From IMG/VR virus record IMGVR_UViG_3300031851_002880, positions 1-64,000 of that record: a stretch of DNA of 64,000 nucleotides, one strand, 5' to 3'. The stretch comes from a virus (Duplodnaviria > Caudoviricetes). The translations under genes were made by a program, and so were the position numbers. Shown here piece by piece: positions 17,448-26,738 of the stretch (position 1 is its first letter; the number at the start of each line of letters is the position of its first letter). The notes beneath the pieces are model-generated. The model made no database searches and was not told where the DNA came from. It saw nothing but the letters and a program-made list of their open reading frames with translations.

Positions 17448-18038
17448 ATGGCTAGAAAACATCTTGGTCGTATGATCAAAAGTAAAAAAAGAGTTATCGT
17501 TGCATATCGTGTTGTTCCAGAAGAAGCAGATAATTGTATTGTTGTAAATACAGAAACATTAGATGCAGGCGAACATGATACACTAATGAATCTAGTTGAA
17601 AGCGAAGGCGGACAGAACGAAAACGATTTAGCAAGTTTAATGATGCGTACTAGTTTACCTGACGGACGTAACATGTTAACTGGATTTCATACTACAGGCA
17701 AACTAATGAAGATGCCAACTAATGAAATTGAGATGTTACCAGATTCAAAAACTACTATTCCGTTAAACGAACTTAACGAAATAATTGCACAACAGCTCGG
17801 AGTAACTGTAGAAGACCTAGCAGTGAAAGGCGATATCAAAAAACCAGCAGTAACACAAACTGAAACAACACCTGTCGAGGCAGCGCCAACATTAGACGTA
17901 ATAACTGATGAAGATTTGGCTGCTAAATACCGTAGTGACGCAGATAGACTTTTTAAAGAAGCAAAAAGTCTAAGGGAGCAAGCAGAAGAGTTAGCACCTA
18001 CTAAGCGCAAGACGAGTAAGACAGCAGAAAGTGCCTAA
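17448..18038 (+). CDS. hypothetical protein
   Basis: 196 aa; AGGAG RBS; C-terminal coiled coil. Confidence 0.78.
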   Translation: MARKHLGRMIKSKKRVIVAYRVVPEEADNCIVVNTETLDAGEHDTLMNLVESEGGQNENDLASLMMRTSLPDGRNMLTGFHTTGKLMKMPTNEIEMLPDSKTTIPLNELNEIIAQQLGVTVEDLAVKGDIKKPAVTQTETTPVEAAPTLDVITDEDLAAKYRSDADRLFKEAKSLREQAEELAPTKRKTSKTAESA

Positions 18039-18357
18039 GAAGAAGAAAAATAACAAACTTCCTCCGGATGTAGTTGATCATTGGCCTGATGTATTTGATG
18101 AGATAGAGATTAAAGCTGTACCAATTGAATATATTCAGGCAGTAATGATACACTTCCATACCGGTAAAGTATGGGAGATAAACATTGATCAAAGTAAAGT
18201 AACGGATCAAGGTTCTGACGCTTTAGAGCAAAGCATTGAAGATCTAATTGAAGAATACGATGAAGAAATATCAAGTGTTGACTTTAGATTAGATACTGCA
18301 AAAGTTAAAAAAGATATACAAAGGCGTACTAAGTATTTTATGAAGCTACGAAAGTAA
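18031..18357 (+). CDS. hypothetical protein
   Basis: 108 aa; overlaps the upstream stop. Confidence 0.72.
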   Translation: MPKKKKNNKLPPDVVDHWPDVFDEIEIKAVPIEYIQAVMIHFHTGKVWEINIDQSKVTDQGSDALEQSIEDLIEEYDEEISSVDFRLDTAKVKKDIQRRTKYFMKLRK

Positions 18358-18380
18358 CTTCTTGCTTTAAGCAAAAAAGC

Positions 18381-18387
18381 ATAAATA
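18381..18387 (+). promoter_or_regulatory. possible T4-like late promoter (ATAAATA)
   Basis: ATAAATA in the intergenic gap ~30 nt before the fibre gene; the same heptamer is at 12111 and 17170 ahead of other genes. Confidence 0.4.
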
Positions 18388-18417
18388 CTTGTAACTAAGT
18401 ATCCGGGAGTTATAAGA

Positions 18418-19959
18418 ATGGGTTTACGTTTAAGACGAGGTACCAATGCAAATCGCCTACTGTTTATACCAGTAGAAGGCGAATTACTATATGTTACAGA
18501 CCACACCACAGCGAATGTCAGTGCGCTTTGGGTAGGTGACGGAATCACACTAGGCGGTGTTCCAGTAGATACAGACACTGACCTTAATACACAATTAGAT
18601 TTAGCAACGCAATCAATAGCTAATTTAGGCGATGTAAACGTAGGTGTAGACAGTACTGTTGCTGAAAATGGTGACTTCCTTGGATACGTTGAAGCAAGCG
18701 GTGACTGGAACCCTATGAAGCCTACAATTGGCGGCGCAGGTGATGTTAATGCAAGTGGTATATTAGATGGTGAAGTTTTAACTTGGAACTTTGTAGGACA
18801 AGACTTTAGAAATACTGCAATGGCACTTAACTTACTTGCTGATGTTGATATAACTTCAACTCCACCAACAGCAGGACAAGTTCTTAAGTGGGACTCGGGC
18901 GATAGTAAATTTAAACCAGCAGACGACACAGATACAACATTAGTACTTTCCGGATTAAGTATTGGTGATTTAGGAGATGTTAATCTCCAAGCAGACGGTA
19001 GTACTCAACCAGAACACGGTGATGTAATAGTTTTTGATAGTGTATCAAATACATTTGTTCTAGGACAAAACAATTCAAGTATAAACCAGTTAACTGATGT
19101 TAACTTAGATGGTATTAATCAATTTGATTATTTGGTATGGACTGGTACAAGATTTGATGCATTTGCAAATCCGCTACTTACTGAAGGTGCAATACAAAAA
19201 GACACAGAAGGTACACATACAGGTGCCGTTGAAGGTACAACTGTAAACGCTTCGGCTGGCTTTGCTGGTAATTTAAATGGTAATGCAGATGGCGATCATA
19301 CAGGAACATTTACAGGTCCTATTACAGCAACTGGTACACTAAACGGAACAGTCAACGGAACAGTTATAGGTGCTATTACAGCAACTGGTACATTAGACGG
19401 TGATCTAACAGGTAGTGTGTTTGGTGACGACAGTACATTACTTGTAGATGGCATAAACAATAACATTACCGGTTTAGTAGTTGGTAAAGTTGATACTGGC
19501 GAAACAATAGATATAACATTAGATCAAACATTAGACGGTAATGACGGTCTTGTTCTAAATATGCATCGAGGCACTGAGGCTGTTAAGCTGGAGCCAAATA
19601 ATTTTGATAGATCATTTATTAAATGGGCTGCATGGAATGGTTCTGCATTTGCTGATACCGCTTTAATCGGTGGGTACCATAAAACAGGCGGTGGCGGATA
19701 TTTAGCTATCACACCGACAGAAGCTGACGGATCACTATTTACTACTGCAATTGAGATGGACGGAGTAGATGGTACTATAGTAATAAACACTACTGATAAA
19801 GTTACTTCTAATGCTCCTATTGAGACTACTAAATATCTTAGAGTTGGTTCATATGCTACAGGAGCATTACCAGGAACAGCAGCAGGTACTATAGCTTTTG
19901 ATTCGACTACAAATACGTTTAAAGGCTATAACGGAACAGGTTGGCAGACCCTAGGTTAA
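18418..19959 (+). CDS. tail fibre / virion fibre-like protein
   Basis: N-terminal LRLRRGT…EGELLYVTD…LWVGDG (Mtd/hyaluronidase-like anchor); repeated L-x-DV…G-x-VL-x-W units; Gly/Thr-rich beta repeats; C-terminal GTIAFDSTTNTFKGYNG. Confidence 0.8.
   Translation: MGLRLRRGTNANRLLFIPVEGELLYVTDHTTANVSALWVGDGITLGGVPVDTDTDLNTQLDLATQSIANLGDVNVGVDSTVAENGDFLGYVEASGDWNPMKPTIGGAGDVNASGILDGEVLTWNFVGQDFRNTAMALNLLADVDITSTPPTAGQVLKWDSGDSKFKPADDTDTTLVLSGLSIGDLGDVNLQADGSTQPEHGDVIVFDSVSNTFVLGQNNSSINQLTDVNLDGINQFDYLVWTGTRFDAFANPLLTEGAIQKDTEGTHTGAVEGTTVNASAGFAGNLNGNADGDHTGTFTGPITATGTLNGTVNGTVIGAITATGTLDGDLTGSVFGDDSTLLVDGINNNITGLVVGKVDTGETIDITLDQTLDGNDGLVLNMHRGTEAVKLEPNNFDRSFIKWAAWNGSAFADTALIGGYHKTGGGGYLAITPTEADGSLFTTAIEMDGVDGTIVINTTDKVTSNAPIETTKYLRVGSYATGALPGTAAGTIAFDSTTNTFKGYNGTGWQTLG
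19315..19395 (+). repeat. 27-nt imperfect direct repeat within fibre gene
   Basis: GGTCCTATTACAGCAACTGGTACACTA (19315-19341) and GGTGCTATTACAGCAACTGGTACATTA (19369-19395), encoding G-x-ITATGTL twice. Confidence 0.75.
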
Positions 19960-20484
19960 TATTTCCCAAACATTTTGAGTAGTATAAAATATATTAGCAT
20001 TAGCTTCGATTAGTTTACATAGTCCAGCTGGTGCTAATATTTTAGCAACAAAATCATTCATACGAACACTTCCAGAATCTCCAGATACATTAGTTGTAAA
20101 GATAAGTTTTTTTGCACCACGTTTTCTTGCATGAGCTATTTGGTAAGGTAATATAAATCCCCAATTAAAGTCGTTTTTCATAACTCTAAAATCGCCTGGT
20201 GCTCTTGCTCTGTATTCTTTTAGTGTAGCAGTACGTACCATAAGACGCCAACAATCTTTTTCATATGCATCGTAACTATGACAGCCGCTAATACTTACTA
20301 TTTTATCGTCTGTATATGTATACCACCAAGCCTCGTTGCCCCAGCGTCCGATTTTCATTGCATCAATAGACTTGTTATTTTCCATACCTTGCGCCTTACA
20401 CTGGCCAGCAAAGGTAAATAATTTACTAGGAATACTATTAATGTTTAATTCTTTAATCTCAAAATCTGTAATACGTGATAGCAT
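19951..20484 (-). CDS. GNAT-fold-like hypothetical protein
   Basis: WWYTYTDDKIVSISGC…RTATLKEYR…IAHARKRGAKKLIFTTN resembles GNAT motifs A/B; start uncertain (20505, 20484 or 20385). Confidence 0.5.
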   Translation of the reverse strand: MLSRITDFEIKELNINSIPSKLFTFAGQCKAQGMENNKSIDAMKIGRWGNEAWWYTYTDDKIVSISGCHSYDAYEKDCWRLMVRTATLKEYRARAPGDFRVMKNDFNWGFILPYQIAHARKRGAKKLIFTTNVSGDSGSVRMNDFVAKILAPAGLCKLIEANANIFYTTQNVWEILT

Positions 20485-21157
20485 ACACATACTTATACCC
20501 AACAAGGTAGTACGAGACGACTTATTGATCCTAATAAGTCACGGTAGTGGAGGCATAGGTGGAGCAGAATGGAATGCTGCCGAGTTCTTTTTAAAGAATG
20601 GTTATAAAGTAGGTCTATTAGATTATTTTTCAAAATGGAATATAAGTAATCTTTCTTGGTGTGACTCTAAGCGTCTTAAAGATAATCATAGTGTATCGTT
20701 TAATACAATGTTTACAGACATTTCCTTTCCAAACGAAAAGATTATACACATAGGGTTTAGCTTAGGTGGATATCTTGGTCTATTAAATAGTGAAAAATTT
20801 TATAAAAACTTCTGTTTTTACCCTGGGATATTAGGGTATCTTAATCAAAAAAACTTTGATAATACAACTGTTATTATTGCCGAGAATGATAACTGGTGTA
20901 CGTTTGATAACACGTTTGATAACACATGGATTGCTAAAGATTGCTATCATGGATTTATGATACCTAATAAAGATAGAGATATAACTATAGCAAAATATAA
21001 TTTTCCTGCAACAATGACACGCGAACAGTATCTAAAGTTAATACCTAATCATGACTATCTAAAAAGTGTATATGGATACACTAACGAAATAATTAGGTTG
21101 CAATCTAACAAAAAGTGTAGTATAATATATTTAAACAAGATACTGGAATCACTATGA
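20441..21157 (+). CDS. alpha/beta hydrolase (dienelactone hydrolase-like)
   Basis: ATG 20441 after AGGA; HGSGG oxyanion loop, GFSLGG nucleophile elbow, FYP, END, YHGF. Confidence 0.75.
   Translation: MFNSLISKSVIRDSIHILIPNKVVRDDLLILISHGSGGIGGAEWNAAEFFLKNGYKVGLLDYFSKWNISNLSWCDSKRLKDNHSVSFNTMFTDISFPNEKIIHIGFSLGGYLGLLNSEKFYKNFCFYPGILGYLNQKNFDNTTVIIAENDNWCTFDNTFDNTWIAKDCYHGFMIPNKDRDITIAKYNFPATMTREQYLKLIPNHDYLKSVYGYTNEIIRLQSNKKCSIIYLNKILESL
21098..21126 (+). promoter_or_regulatory. sigma70-type promoter
   Basis: TTGCAA (21098-21103), 17 nt, TATAAT (21121-21126), upstream of ATG 21154. Confidence 0.6.
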
Positions 21158-22464
21158 ATATTATTATCCTATCACATGAGCGAAGTCTTAATAAAGCAGA
21201 GGGATTATTAAATGCGTTAAGTAATCACAATGTACACATAGTAATGGACCAAGTAGCTAGTAAAGAAGACAAACCATATATTAAACTTGCAAATAACATT
21301 ATTGTATCTAAAGGGTTTAATATAATTGATATTATTAGTAATATAAAGCATTGTGATAAAATATGGTGTGTAAGTGAAAACTTACTACCATTACAAAGTC
21401 AATTAGAAAGTCATTACGGTATTGATAACTTAAATCCGTTTGCAGCCGAAGTGCTTAGTAACAAGCAACGACTAGATGATTATTGTAGGTTAATTGGACT
21501 TGGTGAATTTGTACCAGCTAGTGTTACACCAACATTCCATAGTCAGCTAGATATTTTTAAAAACAAACAATTGTTTACTAAACCGGACATTGGTACTGGT
21601 AGTAATCCTAGTTTTTTTGGCAATGAACTTAATGTAGAATATCGTCGATGGAACAACAAACATCATTTTTTACAAAATCTTAAAGATAAAAATAAACACA
21701 ACGACTTCTTTTCATCTAATAAAAAAGGTATACATACACAACGGTTTAATTATCAACCTTGTAAAATTATGGTACAAGAATATTTTTGGAGTGAAGAACC
21801 TAGTTTAATTCCTGTGGGAGTTGTACGTAATGGTATTGTAAACAACTTATGTTATCTTAAGACAACTAAAGTTAAGTACGGCGAACAGCTAGATGCAAAT
21901 AAGAATCCTGTGGAGTTACATAGTAATAGTCGAACAAGTGACATTGCAAAAGATCTTGCTGTGTGGATTGTTGCAAACAACGAAATTGATGCAGACCGGC
22001 ATAATAAAATGCAACACTTTTTGCAAACACTCATTACTAATTTACAAATTAAAGATTTAATCTTTGCAGGTCCAGACTTTCATGTAAATAATGACAAACT
22101 AATTGCAATTGACTTTAACCCTCGACCTGGGCAATTTATGAATATACTTGATAAAGTTAATGATTATAAAATATTTGAGAACATTATTGCTAACAAAGAA
22201 GTAACTATCGATAATCAATTATTGTGGGGGTGTAGTATGTTAAAGCCTGGAACAATTACTGAGTTGTCTGGTGTTAACAAAATTAACAAATACTTAAATG
22301 CAGAAAATACAGAACTTGCAACAGGCATGATTATTCCTAATTTTCAAAACTTGCAAAACAAAGCATTTAACGTTAATTTAAATATTGTTGGAAAGAATGA
22401 GCAAGAGTTGTTCAACAAGTATAAACAAGTCAATCAACTCTTGCAAAATTGTATTACTTACTAA
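21154..22464 (+). CDS. ATP-grasp domain protein
   Basis: LSNK…VP, FTKPDIGTGS, IMVQEY, DF…AIDFNPRPG are the ATP-grasp lid/catalytic motifs. Confidence 0.72.
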   Translation: MNIIILSHERSLNKAEGLLNALSNHNVHIVMDQVASKEDKPYIKLANNIIVSKGFNIIDIISNIKHCDKIWCVSENLLPLQSQLESHYGIDNLNPFAAEVLSNKQRLDDYCRLIGLGEFVPASVTPTFHSQLDIFKNKQLFTKPDIGTGSNPSFFGNELNVEYRRWNNKHHFLQNLKDKNKHNDFFSSNKKGIHTQRFNYQPCKIMVQEYFWSEEPSLIPVGVVRNGIVNNLCYLKTTKVKYGEQLDANKNPVELHSNSRTSDIAKDLAVWIVANNEIDADRHNKMQHFLQTLITNLQIKDLIFAGPDFHVNNDKLIAIDFNPRPGQFMNILDKVNDYKIFENIIANKEVTIDNQLLWGCSMLKPGTITELSGVNKINKYLNAENTELATGMIIPNFQNLQNKAFNVNLNIVGKNEQELFNKYKQVNQLLQNCITY

Positions 22465-23227
22465 AGTTAATTACTGCTTCTTCAAACATAAAAACGTTTG
22501 CACCAGTCCCACCAACATAGGTTACTGTACCACCAAACTTGTCGTTCCACTCAGCAGTGTTGCTTAATGTACCTACAAGTGTACGTAAACTATCTGTAGT
22601 TGCTGTATCAGCATCAACAGTTACAATTGCATCTACAAAGCGGAAACCTAGTTCGCCGTCTGCACTAAATGCAATACATGATGTTGCACTATCTTCTTCA
22701 ATAGCACCTTGACGTGTTGTAATAGTAAACACTGTATCAGCATCACCTGCAATGTAGCCTTTTGTTGTACTACCGCTGCCGCCGAATGGTACAACGATAA
22801 AGTTAATATCTTTTTGAATTCCTAGCACTGTCAAAAACTTTGCCACTGGTTCACTTCCCCATGTAGCAATCTTTACATCTTGTCCAGCCATTGCATCTAA
22901 GTTAGCAAACTGTCTCGAACACATCATTGTTTCATATGTCATTAACGCAACTAAGTTATCTGCGTCAATTGCTGGACTTTGCATATCTGCATCGCCGGGC
23001 CATTCACTTGACCATACTGTAAGTACTGGAGTACTTGCGCCGTCAATATATGAATATGCTGTAACTGGATTGTTAGCTTGGACAAAGTCATGCTCAACTT
23101 CTTGTCCAATTGTCGTTAACACTTGTCTAAATGCTCCTTCTTCGGAACCTGGGTTAACGATGGTAATTTCTGCGTGAGCAGATGTGGCAATAAAAATTGC
23201 CGCTAGTGTTGTGATTAGTTTATTCAT
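22454..23227 (-). CDS. TctC/Bug-like periplasmic substrate-binding protein
   Basis: Signal peptide (…TSAHA); IVVPFGGSGSTTKGYIAGDAD resembles the Bug/TctC VP(Y/F)xG…GxxD motif; directly downstream of tctA. Confidence 0.62.
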   Translation of the reverse strand: MNKLITTLAAIFIATSAHAEITIVNPGSEEGAFRQVLTTIGQEVEHDFVQANNPVTAYSYIDGASTPVLTVWSSEWPGDADMQSPAIDADNLVALMTYETMMCSRQFANLDAMAGQDVKIATWGSEPVAKFLTVLGIQKDINFIVVPFGGSGSTTKGYIAGDADTVFTITTRQGAIEEDSATSCIAFSADGELGFRFVDAIVTVDADTATTDSLRTLVGTLSNTAEWNDKFGGTVTYVGGTGANVFMFEEAVINFSK

Positions 23228-23236
23228 TTTTTTCTC

Positions 23237-24529
23237 CTAAGATAAAATCACTAAAGTCCGTATAAGACTTTCATAAAATAAATCGCTAAGAAAGAATCCG
23301 TATATAACAGGACTCGTATCCCAGCGTCTAAGTGTATATCCTAGTACCGATAAACACAGTATGCATACTAACATCCAAACATGAATTGGAAATATTGCAA
23401 TACTTACTGCACTAATGGTAGTTAGTATAAAGGCATTAACATAGTTTTTATAAGACTTATAAAAATATGCAATGTTACCTAACAAATTAAAACCATACCA
23501 ACTTAGGAATAAACAAAACACTGTAACAAAAGGTACAATGTAAATTATGTTTTTAAGTTTGTCTACTGTGTTATCCACACTAAACTGAAACCCGTTTTCC
23601 AACATCAAATAGTAAATTAATACTTCACTACCTGTAATCGGTATAGCCAAGATAAGCAAAGGAAGCAATGAACTTAATGCGCCACTATTGTTCGCTGCCT
23701 CTGCGGCCGCTATGCTTTTCAGTATAGGCATACGAAAGAATCGTTTAACTATATTGGCACTAGCATAACTGCCAAGGATATTTGTTACACCAGGAATAAG
23801 ACCGCACCAAAAACCTATAAAACTTCCTATAAGCGTTGGAATTGCTGTTCCTTTTCCTACTGCATACTTACTTATACGTTTAGGGGTGTCTACATTTAAA
23901 TTATGAACCTTTGCAAGTTCAGGTACAATGTATAGACCAATCATTATACTTGCAAACGGAATACCTAATGCAAGATAACTATTACCAAACGTAAGAAAAC
24001 TATCGAATGTTATCGAATCTATTCCTACTTTAGCAAGAACACCACCTAGTAAGAATAGTAGTAGAGTTGCTATTTTGTTTTGCTTTGTTAAAAACGTAAT
24101 CATTAATATAGCAACTGCAATTATAATTGTTTGTATAATACTGTTATAGAACTTAAATAGATCTAAGACACGTGGTAATGCTAATATAAACACGGTTACA
24201 GCAAACATAACACCTACTGTACTGCTGATTGCGTTACTACTAACTGCTACACTGCCAAAGCCTTTTCTAAATAGTCTATGCCCGTGTTTTGCTGTGCTTA
24301 TAGCAGTAGCATCTCCCGGAATACCGTATAAGATTGCTGTAACGCTGTTTGTGTAGTTCGATGTAATAAGGACGCTTACGTAGTACATCATTATGTTAAC
24401 CGGTGCTGTTGACGCTAATAGAGGGTATAGCAACGCTGTTGCAATGAAAGGTCCTGCGCCTGGAATAATACCAAACACTGTTCCACTAACAATACCTATT
24501 ACTGCCCACAATATTAGTTCTTCAATCAT
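23237..24529 (-). CDS. tctA: tripartite tricarboxylate transporter large permease
   Basis: Multi-pass hydrophobic protein; GIIPG, AILYGIPG, GLIPG and AAAEAANN TctA signatures. Confidence 0.85.
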   Translation of the reverse strand: MIEELILWAVIGIVSGTVFGIIPGAGPFIATALLYPLLASTAPVNIMMYYVSVLITSNYTNSVTAILYGIPGDATAISTAKHGHRLFRKGFGSVAVSSNAISSTVGVMFAVTVFILALPRVLDLFKFYNSIIQTIIIAVAILMITFLTKQNKIATLLLFLLGGVLAKVGIDSITFDSFLTFGNSYLALGIPFASIMIGLYIVPELAKVHNLNVDTPKRISKYAVGKGTAIPTLIGSFIGFWCGLIPGVTNILGSYASANIVKRFFRMPILKSIAAAEAANNSGALSSLLPLLILAIPITGSEVLIYYLMLENGFQFSVDNTVDKLKNIIYIVPFVTVFCLFLSWYGFNLLGNIAYFYKSYKNYVNAFILTTISAVSIAIFPIHVWMLVCILCLSVLGYTLRRWDTSPVIYGFFLSDLFYESLIRTLVILS

Positions 24530-25466
24530 ATTTTTCTACACTTCTATTAAGTTGAGTGTTAGGAGTAATCATATCTTTATCGTTATTTTTTATTTTTTTG
24601 CAATACTGTTTGCACACACTTGGACAAGTATTATAGTCTGTCAAGTAATTATTAAATGAATTAAAATAGTTTTCAAAGTTAATTATACTATTATCTTTAA
24701 TATTAATCGGTGACCAAAATCCTTCTTCTTTATTATTATCTGCCCACCAACAGCAAGGATAGTAATTGCCAAAAGCATCTATGTAATGCATATCTCCAGT
24801 CTTGCAGAAAGGACTAAGTGCTTCTTCATACTCTACTTTGGTGTTTGTAAACCATTCAGGATTGTCATACGATTTTATAATAGTTAACTTAGGATCTAAG
24901 AACCTTGTACGTTGTATCCTAAATTTATCAATACCAATTTTTTTTGCTAGATTTTTTGCTTCTTCTACTTGATGATAATTGTGTTCGAACACAATATACT
25001 TCCATTCTATTTTACACTTGCGTTTCTTTTTTGCAATCAGCTTAAACAGTTCTTGGATCTTATTCCAATTACTATTAACCCGGTATAAATGGTTAGTGTC
25101 TTGTAGGCCATCAATACTTAATGTAATCTGAGAATTACTAGGCCATGTATCTAATACACGCTCCCAAAATGGCAAACTTTGCATACCGTTAGTAGTTACA
25201 TTTATATTCTGGGCGGCAAAAAAATGTTCACTAATATCATGAAACTGTGGATGATAAACTGGATCGCCTAAGTTACCCTGAAAGAAAATATACTTAATTT
25301 CAGGAATTGTTTTTTTAGGAAAGAAGTCCTTTAAATGATCAATGTCGATGTCTAGCTTAGGATCTTTTACCATTGTATTGTAATGAATTGTCCGTAGACA
25401 CGCCGGGCATGCCAATGGACAGCGCCGAGTTAATTCTAAATGCCATCCTACGTTATAATTAACCAT
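24522..25466 (-). CDS. radical SAM protein with C-terminal twitch/SPASM-like domain
   Basis: ELTRRCPLACPAC; GNLGDP; SIDG…TNHLYR; YPCC; CPSVC. Confidence 0.9.
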   Translation of the reverse strand: MVNYNVGWHLELTRRCPLACPACLRTIHYNTMVKDPKLDIDIDHLKDFFPKKTIPEIKYIFFQGNLGDPVYHPQFHDISEHFFAAQNINVTTNGMQSLPFWERVLDTWPSNSQITLSIDGLQDTNHLYRVNSNWNKIQELFKLIAKKKRKCKIEWKYIVFEHNYHQVEEAKNLAKKIGIDKFRIQRTRFLDPKLTIIKSYDNPEWFTNTKVEYEEALSPFCKTGDMHYIDAFGNYYPCCWWADNNKEEGFWSPINIKDNSIINFENYFNSFNNYLTDYNTCPSVCKQYCKKIKNNDKDMITPNTQLNRSVEKYD

Positions 25467-26121
25467 TAATAAGTTTTCTGTACTTGTCTGTTTGCTTTCC
25501 AGTAATCTTTAATATATTACGGGGCCATGGACCTGTGTTTGCTGTACTATGTGGAATGTTTGCCCAGTCAAACCAAATGATGTCCCCTGCTCTCCAAGGC
25601 GGTACGTAAGTATTGCCAAACTGTATAATGTGTCCTGGTGCCCAATCTTCTAGCATTACAAACACTCTGCCCCATTCATCGTCTGTGGCTCTACTACTAG
25701 TTTGGTCTGTGCGTTCTTTACGCAATCCAGTAAGACTGTCAATGTGTAAGTGTAGCATCATCCCTGTATGTTGCGTTTGTACATTAGTTTGTGCATTAGC
25801 AAGACCGATTTCTTCTGCAATGCTATGTAGTATAGGAGTTTCTTGTGTAGTTATCCACTGTCTGTATACAACATAGTCTAAAGGAATGCCCCAGTCTTTA
25901 CATAATAGTTCTTCATAATCGTAATTAAAACTATCGCCTTCAGGTGCTACCGGTGATGGCCAATAAAAGTCATATTGATTTGCATTTGCAATAGGTATTT
26001 CATCTTTCCAAGAAGGATACATGTTGGCTATTGTCTTAAAGCTCTTACCATGATCACTTTCACGAAATGGATTAAAGTCGTAGTTACTTTGCTCTACTGT
26101 TACTTCCCATCTGTTTTTCAT
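25459..26121 (-). CDS. 2OG-Fe(II) oxygenase/cupin-like protein
   Basis: HLHID…RVFVML…HSTAN…PR facial-triad-like pattern. Confidence 0.6.
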   Translation of the reverse strand: MKNRWEVTVEQSNYDFNPFRESDHGKSFKTIANMYPSWKDEIPIANANQYDFYWPSPVAPEGDSFNYDYEELLCKDWGIPLDYVVYRQWITTQETPILHSIAEEIGLANAQTNVQTQHTGMMLHLHIDSLTGLRKERTDQTSSRATDDEWGRVFVMLEDWAPGHIIQFGNTYVPPWRAGDIIWFDWANIPHSTANTGPWPRNILKITGKQTDKYRKLING

Positions 26122-26738
26122 AATGCGTCTCTCAATTCTTTACACCAAGTGTTGACTTCTTGTATATTTGTTATATTGTAATCCGACTTTTGTTTTATAG
26201 GCAGACGTCCGTTGACTTTATAATTTTTTATATCATCGTAATACAAAATTTGTTCTATATTTGTAAAATAATTGTTTTTCATATCATTATATTTTACTAT
26301 TTCGTCTGCTATTTCATTAAAACACGATTTAGGATAATTAAATTCTACAGTTTCTAGTTCTTGAGGTTTCCATACTGCCCATTTGTTTGTTTGTTTAGCA
26401 ACACCCCAGCTAATTACTTGTTCAAATATATTATTTCTTTCAATAAGTGTTACTGGTTTATCTTTGACATATTTCCAAAATAAATCATCTACTTGAGCAC
26501 TCATTGTAACCTTAACTATACTATTTTGATTTAACCATTTTAATCTTCGTTGTGTTTCTTTTTTTATAATATCCGGCGTTAAATTAGCAATACCAAGTTC
26601 TACACGCCAATCATAACCTGGTGTAAATGTTTCGCCTTGTTTTTGCACTATAGGCAACGGATCATAAGCATATTCATTTAGAAACCAATTATAATAAAAT
26701 GTTGTACCACTACGACTTGGACCGATTAGAATTTTCAT
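26118..26738 (-). CDS. sulfotransferase-like protein (Stf0-like)
   Basis: GPSRSGTT PAPS-binding loop; LIERNNIFEQVISW 3'-phosphate motif; LYYDD. Confidence 0.7.
   Translation of the reverse strand: MKILIGPSRSGTTFYYNWFLNEYAYDPLPIVQKQGETFTPGYDWRVELGIANLTPDIIKKETQRRLKWLNQNSIVKVTMSAQVDDLFWKYVKDKPVTLIERNNIFEQVISWGVAKQTNKWAVWKPQELETVEFNYPKSCFNEIADEIVKYNDMKNNYFTNIEQILYYDDIKNYKVNGRLPIKQKSDYNITNIQEVNTWCKELRDAL

Noticed and set aside
18207-18929. 240 aa minus-strand ORF opposite the fibre gene
   Set aside because: Ser/Pro/Thr-rich antisense shadow of a Gly/Asp-rich plus-strand gene; no RBS or motifs. The same applies to the many 60-140 aa antisense ORFs in the track
20336-20440. N-terminal extension of the hydrolase ORF given in the track
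   Set aside because: ATG 20441 has an AGGA RBS and gives a normal hydrolase N-terminus; the extension overlaps the opposite-strand gene
20900-20923. 12-nt tandem repeat ACGTTTGATAAC x2
   Set aside because: An in-frame micro-duplication (TFDN x2) inside a CDS; not a CRISPR repeat or regulatory array
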